The notes below the pieces were generated by a model, which was not told where the DNA came from, did no database searches, and worked only from the letters and a program-made list of their open reading frames with translations. 31,081 nucleotides of DNA, from the NCBI GenBank assembly GCA_947586185.1, contig CANPXN010000031.1, forward strand, positions 1 to 31,081. Direction: 5' to 3'. The translations under genes were made by a program, and so were the position numbers. Shown in pieces: positions 17,934 to 26,223 of the stretch. The stretch comes from an uncultured Clostridia bacterium (GTDB taxonomy: Bacteria; Bacillota; Clostridia; Oscillospirales; Ruminococcaceae). The stretch's first letter is position 1. Each line of letters opens with the position of its first letter.

Positions 17934-18836
17934 TTAATATTCGCTTTGCTCATCAAAACTTTCAAGATATTCAATACGTTTAGTAATTCTTGGGTGACTG
18001 GATATCATTTTTTGAACAATAGTACTATTATCCCCTAAAGAAATCTTTTCCAGTAAATATAAAGCTTCTATCATTTCACGGTCATAGCCTATATCATAAG
18101 AAAATTTGTCAGCGCTAAATTCATTTTTTCTGCTGTTTATCATCATAACTGTATGGAATCCAAATGTTAAGAATAAAATGGACATTTCCAGTATAAATCT
18201 TGAAATTCTTATTATAAAGCTTAATATGTTTCTTTTCCCATTAATTATTTTTAATATATACTCCCAAAAAAGCAGCATCAGCTTATACATGAAAATGATT
18301 ATTGTAAAAATACCGTTTCCAATTATTGCGTATAAACTTGCTATTGTATCGCCATGTACAATGTGTGCTATTTCATGTCCAATAATTGCCTTTAGTTCCT
18401 CTTCTGTAAATGTCTGCATTGCTCCTTTTGTAACTGCAATAGTGTGTCTGCCCAGAGCCATAGCATTAACTGTCATATTATCTATTATGCAGATTTCAAT
18501 TTTATTAAGATATTTATTTTTGATTTTTGCCTGTTCGTAGACTTCTTCAAATAACGGTAAAATATATTCTTTTTCCCTTGATGTTTCAAGCGGTCTGACA
18601 TTATTAAGAAATCTTAACAATTTTTCTCCTGCTGGAGTAAAAGCACACATTATTGATAATGTATAAATTATCAAGAGAAAAATAAAAGATTTAAAAGTGT
18701 TGCCGAAAAGATAGAAAGATATGTAAAAATAAGTAACAGTACAAACAAAATAAAATTTGTTATTTCCCCAAAAAGTTAAAATATCATCTATAATTTCAAT
18801 TATATATTTAAAAAAATTCTTTAACTCAATATTCAT
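17934..18836 (-). CDS. M48-family (HtpX-like) zinc metallopeptidase, membrane-embedded
   Basis: The HEIAH zinc motif appears in the context NAMALG...IAVTKG......EELKAIIGHEIAHIVHGD. Hydrophobic segments lie on both sides. An AAGGAG RBS is present. Confidence 0.75.
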   Translation of the reverse strand: MNIELKNFFKYIIEIIDDILTFWGNNKFYFVCTVTYFYISFYLFGNTFKSFIFLLIIYTLSIMCAFTPAGEKLLRFLNNVRPLETSREKEYILPLFEEVYEQAKIKNKYLNKIEICIIDNMTVNAMALGRHTIAVTKGAMQTFTEEELKAIIGHEIAHIVHGDTIASLYAIIGNGIFTIIIFMYKLMLLFWEYILKIINGKRNILSFIIRISRFILEMSILFLTFGFHTVMMINSRKNEFSADKFSYDIGYDREMIEALYLLEKISLGDNSTIVQKMISSHPRITKRIEYLESFDEQSEY

Positions 18837-18847
18837 AACGCTACTCC

Positions 18848-20236
18848 TTAAAACGGTTTAAAGATTTTAAGTTTACTGTGAATATTTAAATCCCTTGAAA
18901 GGAAAATGCCGTTTCCTGTTTCCAGCCTTTTTATATCGTCTGGATGATATACATATTCTCTTACACATTTAGCAGAACCAAAACCGGTTTGTGAAATATC
19001 AAGTCCCTTTTGCTGTAGCTGATATGTTACTTCCATAGTTTGTCTTGTGCCTAAAATATTCGCCCAGTTTTCGGAATTTACTGCGCTGTTCTGACGCAAT
19101 ACAAGATAATTATTGCAATTTTCAATAATTTGCTGTGTAAAGTCTTCATTTTCCGCAATTGCAAGGTCGGAAAGACTTTGTGTGGCAAGAACGCAAGTAA
19201 CGTTTGCACTTCTTGATTTATTTACAAGGTCAATTAACGTCTTTGAAGCGTATACATTGATTTCATCAAAAATAAAAAACGTTCTCTTATAATTATTTTG
19301 AAATAGCTTACTTATTGCTTTTTTACTGTCAATTAAAATCAGTCTGCCGAAAGCCTGAGAAATTTCAGGATAAATAAGGGGGTTCAAAATAAAAACAATA
19401 ATAGCACTTTGTTTTAATGCAGTATAAATATCAATGCCGTTATCGTCAAAAATATATCCTAATTCACTTTCGACAATAGTAGAAAATCTTGCAATAGAAT
19501 TTTCTGCAACCTTGCCGGAGGTTTTACAAATTTCTATATTTTCAAGATGTTCAGGTTTATCTATTAATCCTTGCTTTAAAAGTATTGCAGACAGCTCTTT
19601 AAATTTATCAATATTCATGAATTTAACAATAGTTTTCAAGGTCAATTTCATTTCAGCTTTATGCATCAGCATTATAAGCTTTTGTAAATATCTTTCTGCA
19701 TTTAATTTATAATGCTCCTCAGACCAGTCCGTCATATTTATCAGCATATCTTTTGCAATAGTTGGAGATGCATTGCAAAACGGATTGTACTTGTCAGACT
19801 GTTCAATATCAGTAAGATTTATTGTATACATCGGCTTGTTCTTTGTGTTCAGTTTGTTTACAATATCAATTAAGCTGTTTTGGTTTGTATCACCTTTACC
19901 GTCAATAATCAAAAGGGGAAAATTCTTGTCCATTGCGTTTTTTATGTAATTGCTGAGAGCGACAGTTTTCCCGCTCCCTGTAGTACCGCAAACAAAAACA
20001 TGTTTTGAATTATCAGAACAGAAAACAGGCTTTTTACCGTTATAACCAATTAAAGCCGCATTATCCTTGTTTAAGTTAGGTTTTTTCATTTTAAATTTCA
20101 CCTTTCTTAGTTCTTTAGTAAAATTAAAAATTTTTCTAAGTTGTAAATGCCTTTTTTCTCCGTAAATTATCATTAAAGTAGCAATAAAAATAATAAGAGA
20201 TACTAAAATATACTGGAATTTTTCAACTCCGTTCAA
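18848..20236 (-). CDS. Type IV coupling protein-like ATPase (TraD/TraG/VirD4 family) with an N-terminal TM anchor
   Basis: Walker A is VCGTTGSGKT, Walker B-like is FFIFDEINVY, and an ATQSLSDL motif is present. An N-terminal hydrophobic helix is present. The apparent TTG start overlaps the upstream stop (TTGA). Confidence 0.75.
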   Translation of the reverse strand: MNGVEKFQYILVSLIIFIATLMIIYGEKRHLQLRKIFNFTKELRKVKFKMKKPNLNKDNAALIGYNGKKPVFCSDNSKHVFVCGTTGSGKTVALSNYIKNAMDKNFPLLIIDGKGDTNQNSLIDIVNKLNTKNKPMYTINLTDIEQSDKYNPFCNASPTIAKDMLINMTDWSEEHYKLNAERYLQKLIMLMHKAEMKLTLKTIVKFMNIDKFKELSAILLKQGLIDKPEHLENIEICKTSGKVAENSIARFSTIVESELGYIFDDNGIDIYTALKQSAIIVFILNPLIYPEISQAFGRLILIDSKKAISKLFQNNYKRTFFIFDEINVYASKTLIDLVNKSRSANVTCVLATQSLSDLAIAENEDFTQQIIENCNNYLVLRQNSAVNSENWANILGTRQTMEVTYQLQQKGLDISQTGFGSAKCVREYVYHPDDIKRLETGNGIFLSRDLNIHSKLKIFKPF

Positions 20237-20865
20237 ATAAACTTACTAACATAATTTTTAACCTCCTCAAGATTTATAATTTCTGTATTAGTATAAATCA
20301 TCTGACTATCAATTAATATCTGTTTTATTTTTGGCTGAGAATCCGGAACAATCCAGAATTGAGTATCATAAGCCAAAAAATTATCTTTTATAATATTTTC
20401 AAGTCTTGTTTTTGCTTTTAAAGATAGTTCAACTTCAACGCAGTTTGTTTTATCAATATCATTAAAAATAAAATCAGGTCTGTGTTTACGTATTCCAAAA
20501 CCGTCTGAGCGGTGTAATTGTTTTTCTGTTGTAATTTTATCAAAATCAATATTATTTTTCAGATTAAAGTATATAGCAGCATCTATTACAGTCATATCAT
20601 GAACAATCTGTTCAACCTTGATTTTTTCCATTCTCTTGGGAGCGTTAATTAATATCTTGCCTTTGGAAGTAATAGAATAAATACTTGGAACGCCGTACAA
20701 ATATTTTTTTCGGCTAATATAATCGGCTTCAATTAAAAGTTTAAGTCTTCTGTCTGCCGAACGCTGACCGGAAAAGCCGGACAAAAATTTAATATGTTTT
20801 CCAGTACAAGCTCTCCATCTGTCGATTTCTTTCATAATCTTATAATCTCTTTCAGTCAATCTCAC
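20233..20865 (-). CDS. Replication-relaxation family protein (putative mobilization/relaxase-like)
   Basis: The N-terminal wHTH-like pattern is LTERDYKIMKEIDRWRACTGKHIKFL.....RSADRRLKLLIEADYISRK...G.PSIYSITSKG. The start is GTG with a GGAGGTGG RBS. It is the first gene of the operon with the T4CP. Confidence 0.6.
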   Translation of the reverse strand: MRLTERDYKIMKEIDRWRACTGKHIKFLSGFSGQRSADRRLKLLIEADYISRKKYLYGVPSIYSITSKGKILINAPKRMEKIKVEQIVHDMTVIDAAIYFNLKNNIDFDKITTEKQLHRSDGFGIRKHRPDFIFNDIDKTNCVEVELSLKAKTRLENIIKDNFLAYDTQFWIVPDSQPKIKQILIDSQMIYTNTEIINLEEVKNYVSKFI

Positions 20866-20913
20866 AAATTAACCACCTCCTGTATTATAAAAACTAACTA
20901 CATAAACAATACC

Positions 20914-21056
20914 TATAACAAAAAACTCGCTGTGAACTTTCAAATATAATTTATTATATGTATTGTATGTTGTTATAGTGGGGTCTCGTATGAAATAGGA
21001 GACCCCACTATAACAACATCTATTGAAAGTGCCTAAACAGCGAGGTTTTTGTTATA
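20914..21056. other. Large compound palindrome, candidate oriT or regulatory region
   Basis: There is a perfect 19-bp inner stem (20969-20987 / 20999-21017). Outer imperfect arms lie at about 20916-20934 and 21037-21055. The palindrome starts 50 bp upstream of the replication-relaxation gene. Confidence 0.4.
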
Positions 21057-21096
21057 TTTAATATATATTGCGTGGCGTGTGTAGTTAGAACGCTTT

Positions 21097-21333
21097 TTGT
21101 TCCTGTTGTTGGAATAGGTATAAAATATAGATATAAGGTCGGAGGTGTTATTTATGAATAAAAAATATCGGATTATCATAGGCTAATCATCAGCACAAGA
21201 GATATGTTTTAGGCATGTAACAGAGAGTGGGGGAGTCTCTTTATCAAGAAGACAAAAAACTATATTTAGTTGAGTGAAAATTAAATATATAACAAAAGTA
21301 CAAGAACCTAAAATTCTTGTACTTTGTTTTTTT
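21097..21333 (+). ncRNA. Orphan small transcription unit: promoter, strong SD, 10-codon mini-ORF and terminator (small RNA or peptide)
   Basis: The promoter is TTGTTC-16 nt-TATAAA (21097-21124), followed by GGAGGTG and ATG at 21154 (MNKKYRIIIG, stop at 21184-21186). A 12-bp hairpin plus T7 terminator lies at 21295-21333. Confidence 0.35.
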
Positions 21334-21572
21334 ATAAATATTTAGAACTTCTTAAGAAAAATAACAGCATATATTTTTCAAGAATGCATTTTTAATTAAG
21401 AGTATAAATTTTAATATAAGTTATAAGGTCGGGATTTATTTTATTCTTGCAAACGGTTTTACACCATACCATGTATAGTAAAAAAGCGACTGCTATAATT
21501 GCATCCAGTTTAATCCCATGCTATGCATGGAAAGAAAGTGTTTGCAAAAATGGCATCCAGTTTTTCGCCAAC

Positions 21573-22828
21573 CACATAGTAAGCGCCTGTTTTCCGCATG
21601 CTCCGCAGCGGCGGAAGTGCTTATCAAGATTAAAGGCGACACGGGGCAGATATCCGGAATCCTCAAGTAGAGTGAACAACGGGAAAAATATTGCCATAGG
21701 CGGCAGCATAACCGATACTACCCAGGCAAGGACCCTGTATATGCCGTTTATCAGCATATCCGTAAGCCATTCCGGAGAGTTTACATATATAAGGAGCTTT
21801 TCCAGCTTTCCGCCAACAAAGAACAGTCCACGGCTCAATAGCTCTGACGGATAGTTTGCGGCAGTGATAGTAAGCCAGAAAACCACTGCCAGCATCATGA
21901 GCATTATGGGGATTCCAAAAATACGGCTTGTGAGGATCCTGTCTATTTTTCTGTCCCTTTCGTAGTATTTTTCATTTGCAAAGCTTGTGACCTTTCCGGC
22001 GATCTCCTCGCCTCGCTTTATAATTGCTGATATTATCTCATCACTGATCTTTTCTTTGGTAAAGCCTTCTACAGAACGGCTCTTAAGCTCACAGCCTGTG
22101 CACTGGCATATCCCTTCGCATAGCTTTTCATCATAGTCAATAAGCTTTACCGCTGTCCAGAATGGGGAAAGCCTGCCTCCTAAAAGAGGTGATATTTCCC
22201 GGGAAAGAGCTTCTGCCTCTTTTTCTATTTCCGGAGGATAGCATACAGGCCTTATGAAGTCCATTTCCTTTGCAACCATTTCGTCAAGAGCATCCATAAG
22301 CTCTGGAAGACCTTCTCCGCTTCTTGCGGTAACTCCCACTACCGGAACTGAAAGCTCATGTGAAAGAGCCTCAAGGTCTATGGTTATGTTTTTCTTTTTA
22401 GCCTCGTCAAGAAGATTTACACATACAATAGTTTTAGGGGTTATTTCTATTGTCTGAAGCACAAGATTCAGATTGCGTTCTATACAAGTTGCATCGCATA
22501 CAACGATAACTGCATCAGGATTTTCAAAGCATACAAAATCTCTTGCGACCTCCTCTTCGGCAGAGTGAGCCATAAGAGAGTATGTTCCCGGGAGATCCAC
22601 GAGAATATAGCTTTTATCCCCGTGTGAGCATCTTCCACATGCGTTTGTTACAGTTTTGCCTGCCCAGTTTCCTGTATGCTGTTTCATGCCGGTAAGCGCA
22701 TTGAACACTGTGGATTTTCCTACGTTTGGATTTCCGGCAAGGGCTACTACATATTCGTTTTCAGCTCTGTTTAAAAAAAGGCCGCTGTCAACTGCTCCTT
22801 TTCCTGTTGAATCGGAAGTAAGTCCCAT
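21573..22828 (-). pseudogene. feoB: feoB, N-terminal fragment (G-domain and first membrane segments)
   Basis: The start at 22828 has a GGAGGA RBS. The G-domain motif is GNPNVGKSTVFNALTG, followed by ..DLPG..SL. FeoB-like sequence runs to ...GACGKQALTM at the junction. The frame then continues for 17 foreign codons to a stop at 21521. Confidence 0.9.
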
Positions 22829-22896
22829 AGTTTTTCCTCCTTGCAAAATAAATGCTATACAAAAAACTATATGAATCTTCCGGGGTGTCCTATTAC

Positions 22897-22920
22897 AAAA
22901 AAACGAGGCTTTAAGCCTCG
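22897..22920 (-). terminator. Rho-independent terminator after the coiled-coil gene
   Basis: On the minus strand, the hairpin cgaggc-ttaaa-gcctcg is followed by T7. Confidence 0.65.
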
Positions 22921-22940
22921 CTGAAAAAATCAATATGTAA

Positions 22941-23504
22941 TTAGGTAAGAACATTAAGCTTTTTAAGCTCATCAATAAGACAGTCAAGCCTTTCGCCGTT
23001 GTAATTTACCGCAGTTCTTGTGATTTCTGCTTCTTCCTTCATCTCTGATATGTCATTTTCTATCTTTGTTACTCTCTTGTTCATATCGGACATTTCAGTT
23101 TTCAGGGTTGATACGTCTGATTTAAGGTCTGATACGTCAGTTTTCAGGTTTTCTACATCTGTTTTCAAACCTGATACATCGGTTTTCAGTTCTGCTACGT
23201 CTGTTTTAAGACCTGCTACATCGGTTTTCAGTTCTGCTACGTCTGTTTTAAGACCTGCTACGTCTGTTTTAAGACCTGCTACATCGGTTTTCAACTCTGC
23301 TACGTCAGTTTTCAAACCTACAACATCGGTTTTCAACTCTGCTACATCTGTTTTTAAACCTGCTACATCGGTTTTCAACTCTGCTATATCTGATTTCATT
23401 TCAGACATTTCAGATTTCATTTCTGACATTTCGGACTTCATGTCTGAAAAGCCGATAGTTAAGGTTTTTAGAGCGGAAAGCACTTCTGTTTCAAAATCGT
23501 TCAT
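22941..23504 (-). CDS. Heptad-repeat coiled-coil protein (18 consecutive 7-aa units, consensus AELKTDV/AGLKTDV)
   Basis: 187-aa ORF. An AGAGGTGA RBS precedes the ATG at 23504. Residues 20-145 are uninterrupted heptads with L and V at the a/d positions. Confidence 0.75.
   Translation of the reverse strand: MNDFETEVLSALKTLTIGFSDMKSEMSEMKSEMSEMKSDIAELKTDVAGLKTDVAELKTDVVGLKTDVAELKTDVAGLKTDVAGLKTDVAELKTDVAGLKTDVAELKTDVSGLKTDVENLKTDVSDLKSDVSTLKTEMSDMNKRVTKIENDISEMKEEAEITRTAVNYNGERLDCLIDELKKLNVLT
23070..23447. repeat. 21-bp (and 42-bp) tandem repeat array inside the coiled-coil gene
   Basis: The unit gttttcagttctgctacgtct/gttttaagacctgctacatcg is visibly iterated about 18 times. Confidence 0.85.
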
Positions 23505-23522
23505 GAGATCACCTCTGTAAAT

Positions 23523-23551
23523 ATTATAAAGCATAAAATATAAAAAGTCAA
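23523..23551 (-). promoter_or_regulatory. Near-consensus sigma-A promoter of the coiled-coil gene
   Basis: Minus strand reads TTGACT (23551-23546), 17 nt, then TATAAT (23528-23523). Confidence 0.65.
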
Positions 23552-23757
23552 TAACAGAAGCGGCAATCCCACAGAAATTAATTTTTGAAACACTATGCGG
23601 TGGACTCTGTCCCCCGCACCCCCTGCTAAAGGGACAAAGTCCCTTTAGAATCCCGATTTAATTTTATTTTCGTCCCTTTAAGGAACGAAAATAAAATTGA
23701 AAGGAAGCAAAAAAACTTTTTCTTAACAAAGATATGGGGATAGAATACACCAAATTT
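23526..23757. repeat. Intergenic direct repeat, copy 1 (paired with 26226-26430)
   Basis: It shares the blocks aatttttgaaacactatgcggtggactctgtcccccgcaccccctgctaaagggacaaagtcccttta and aaaaactttttcttaaca.agatatggggatag.gtaca with copy 2. Copy 1 has an extra ~35-nt hairpin insertion. Confidence 0.85.
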
Positions 23758-23764
23758 TCAAAGG

Positions 23765-24913
23765 CTATTCAAGCATTATTTCTTTTACTGATACCCTTTC
23801 TATTCTTTTAGCGCATATATAGATCGCAAGTTCATACAGCACCGCAAACGCTGCCAGTGAAACTATTGCTGCGGCAAGGTCAAATTTGTAATCCGGAATG
23901 TTTTCAACATCCTTGAACACAATATTCACTGCGATTTTTAGGAGCAGATACTGATAACCGGTACCCAGCGCAAAGCCGGCATATGACCATGGACGATAGC
24001 CGTCAAGAAGCGCTGTACGGCATTCCTTGTCCGAATACCCGAAAGCCTTCATCATGGCGATTGTCTTTGTGTTTCCGCCAACTGCGGCAGAGGAGGCAAG
24101 AATCAGAGTTGTACATGCCAGGGTAACGCCTATCAGCATAATTATTGCTCCCATTAGGAAGCTGGAAAGCTCATTCATGCTAAAGGACATCTGGGTCATT
24201 GCAGAAAAGCAGAATGAGGAAAATACCATAAAAAATACAAGGGCTTTTTTCGTTTTAAGATTGCTTTTTCTAAGCTCCGCTGTAAAGGAAAGCTCTGCTG
24301 AGGAGCTTTCCCTGAGCTTTTTTATTTTGCCATTGGTCTGGAGGGTATCCTTTAAAAGAGATATTACAGGCTTTTTAAGCATGCGGCTGGCGCTGAAAAC
24401 AGAGAGCGCTGCAAAGAATATCCCCGGGAGGATCACCAAGTACAGCAAAAGGGAGGGGTGAAAGTCTATATCAATATCGGGCAGAAGTCCGTCTTTGTTT
24501 TGAGTCTTATAGAACAGCGGCATTACGGCATAAGCTGCGCAGAAGCCTGCCGCTGCTCCGGCAAGAACGCTTATTCCAAAAATACCAAAGCTCATAGATG
24601 CTTGTAGGTCTGTATACCCCAGGGCTTTCAATATGCCCAACTCCCTTTTGCGAAGGGTAACATAGTGTTTTACATAAAACAGCAGCATCACAGCGGATGT
24701 AATAGCAAGGCAGCCGCCGCTCAGAGAGCATGCCATTTTGGAACAGGAAAGCATTGCACTGTAAAGAGCCTTTGCCTCGGGAGAGGTTATTTCACTGCTG
24801 ACAGCTCCAATATCAATATTGTAGTTTAAAAACATAGTGCAGACGAATACCGCACAAAAAGCCATTACTGCAATTGCCGCAAGCCTTGAGGTATCCTTTA
24901 TTCCTACGATCAT
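23765..24913 (-). CDS. ABC transporter permease, FtsX-like family
   Basis: The 382-aa polytopic membrane protein sits 4 nt downstream of the ABC ATPase gene. Its topology is FtsX-like, including the region LRKRELGILKALGY. Confidence 0.75.
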   Translation of the reverse strand: MIVGIKDTSRLAAIAVMAFCAVFVCTMFLNYNIDIGAVSSEITSPEAKALYSAMLSCSKMACSLSGGCLAITSAVMLLFYVKHYVTLRKRELGILKALGYTDLQASMSFGIFGISVLAGAAAGFCAAYAVMPLFYKTQNKDGLLPDIDIDFHPSLLLYLVILPGIFFAALSVFSASRMLKKPVISLLKDTLQTNGKIKKLRESSSAELSFTAELRKSNLKTKKALVFFMVFSSFCFSAMTQMSFSMNELSSFLMGAIIMLIGVTLACTTLILASSAAVGGNTKTIAMMKAFGYSDKECRTALLDGYRPWSYAGFALGTGYQYLLLKIAVNIVFKDVENIPDYKFDLAAAIVSLAAFAVLYELAIYICAKRIERVSVKEIMLE

Positions 24914-24917
24914 ACTT

Positions 24918-25610
24918 TCACCAGCCTATCTCGTATGCGGTTTTCTTTTCACTGTTGCTATAAATTTCAGTTATTTTCCCGCTGTTCATTTTTACTACCG
25001 TATCTGCCATTTGTGCTATGTTCAGGTTATGGGTAACCATTACAACCGTAAAGCCGTATTCCCTTTGCAGCGTTGATATGTAATCGAGGATCTGGCGACC
25101 GGTCTGTTCGTCAAGAGCTCCTGTCGGCTCGTCCAGAAAGAGTATCTCCGGCTTTTTGGCAAGCGCTCTTGCTATTGATACCCTCTGCTGCTGACCTCCG
25201 GAAAGCTCTCCCGGATATTTTTGCAGCTTGTCTTCAAGACCTACTGCTTTAATTACTTCCCGGTAATTTTTGTTGCCGGCAAGGTCCGCTCCCATTTTTA
25301 CATTTTTATCCACATTAAGATTCGGCAGGAGATAATACTGCTGAAAAATGAAACCTGTGTGTTTTCTTCTGAATTGTGTAAGCTCTTTGTCCGTAAGCCC
25401 TGCAATATCCGTTTCGCTGTAAATGATATTGCCGTCATCCGGACGCTCAAGCCCGGATGCAATATTCAAAAGAGTTGACTTCCCTGAGCCGGAGGCTCCG
25501 GTCACCACATAAAAGCCTCCTTTTTTTAGTTTAAGACTTACGCTTTTTAACGCTTGAAAGCGGCTTTGTCCTGTTCCGTAAAATTTGCTTGCATTTACTA
25601 TATCTATCAT
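24918..25610 (-). CDS. ABC transporter ATP-binding protein (MacB/LolD-like)
   Basis: Walker A is GASGSGKST, the signature motif is LSGGQQQRV, and Walker B is ILFLDEPTGALD. The ATG at 25610 overlaps the TetR stop (TAATG). Confidence 0.9.
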   Translation of the reverse strand: MIDIVNASKFYGTGQSRFQALKSVSLKLKKGGFYVVTGASGSGKSTLLNIASGLERPDDGNIIYSETDIAGLTDKELTQFRRKHTGFIFQQYYLLPNLNVDKNVKMGADLAGNKNYREVIKAVGLEDKLQKYPGELSGGQQQRVSIARALAKKPEILFLDEPTGALDEQTGRQILDYISTLQREYGFTVVMVTHNLNIAQMADTVVKMNSGKITEIYSNSEKKTAYEIGW

Positions 25611-26179
25611 TATTCCTGCCTCATTCCTTTCAGCAGACATATTGCTGCTTCTGATATCATTTTATTTATTTCCTCCGGAGTAAAGCGGCACATTTCTGTA
25701 GCGCAGAGTGTGGCTATACCGTGGGTATATATCCACATATGCTGGTACAGTCTTTGAGCACATTCTCCTTGAAGACCATAGTCGCTGTTTATGGATGAAA
25801 GTATTTTCCCGTAGTTGTCATCAATAATTGGCAGTATTTCCGTAATGCCGGAAATCTGTTTTTGTTCCCTCATAAACAATAGCTGAAACAGCTTAGGTTC
25901 TTTGATTGAAAATAAAATGTACTGAGTTCCTACTCCCTTAAACGCCATTGGCTGGGACAGTCCATTGTCAATATAACTGCTGTAAAGACTTTTGGCTTTG
26001 CTTATTACTGCCTGCTGTACCTCTTCCATACTGCGGAATACTGTGAATACAGGTCTTGCCGAGCTGCCAAGCTCTGCTCCCAAGGCTCTTGCAGTAAGGG
26101 CGGAAAATCCGTTTTTCCGGACGATTTCAAGGGCTGCGTCAATAATTTCGGCTTCTGTGAATTTTGCTTTTGGCGGCAT
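25610..26179 (-). CDS. TetR/AcrR family transcriptional regulator
   Basis: The 189-aa ORF has an N-terminal HTH (IIDAALEIVRKNGFSALTARALGAELGSSARPVFTVF). A GGAGAA RBS is present. Confidence 0.85.
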   Translation of the reverse strand: MPPKAKFTEAEIIDAALEIVRKNGFSALTARALGAELGSSARPVFTVFRSMEEVQQAVISKAKSLYSSYIDNGLSQPMAFKGVGTQYILFSIKEPKLFQLLFMREQKQISGITEILPIIDDNYGKILSSINSDYGLQGECAQRLYQHMWIYTHGIATLCATEMCRFTPEEINKMISEAAICLLKGMRQE

Positions 26180-26223
26180 GCCGGTTCTCCTTTCTAAAGC
26201 GGATGTTTTATAACACTTGTTTT

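Larger units (their letters stand above)
11798..21577. mobile_element. Integrated ~9.8-kb AT-rich integrative/mobilizable element inserted in feoB
   Basis: The element is bounded by the two feoB halves, with a shared CACAT at 11798-11802 and 21573-21577. There is a sharp drop in GC by eye. It carries a large serine recombinase next to the left junction, a tyrosine recombinase, a T4CP-like ATPase and a replication-relaxation protein. Confidence 0.88.

Noticed and set aside
21447-21854. 135-aa plus-strand ORF spanning the right element junction
   Set aside because: It is antisense to the feoB N-terminal fragment for most of its length, crosses the att junction and has no RBS.
22829-22940. Fur box or feoA upstream of feoB
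   Set aside because: I could not see a convincing match to the 19-bp Fur consensus and there is no FeoA-sized ORF. The upstream gene is the coiled-coil repeat protein, which has its own terminator.
23020-23520. 166-aa plus-strand ORF (S/V/F/T-rich repeats)
   Set aside because: It is a mirror-image reading of the 21-bp tandem repeats. The minus-strand frame gives a clean heptad coiled coil with an RBS and a promoter, and the plus-strand frame has neither.
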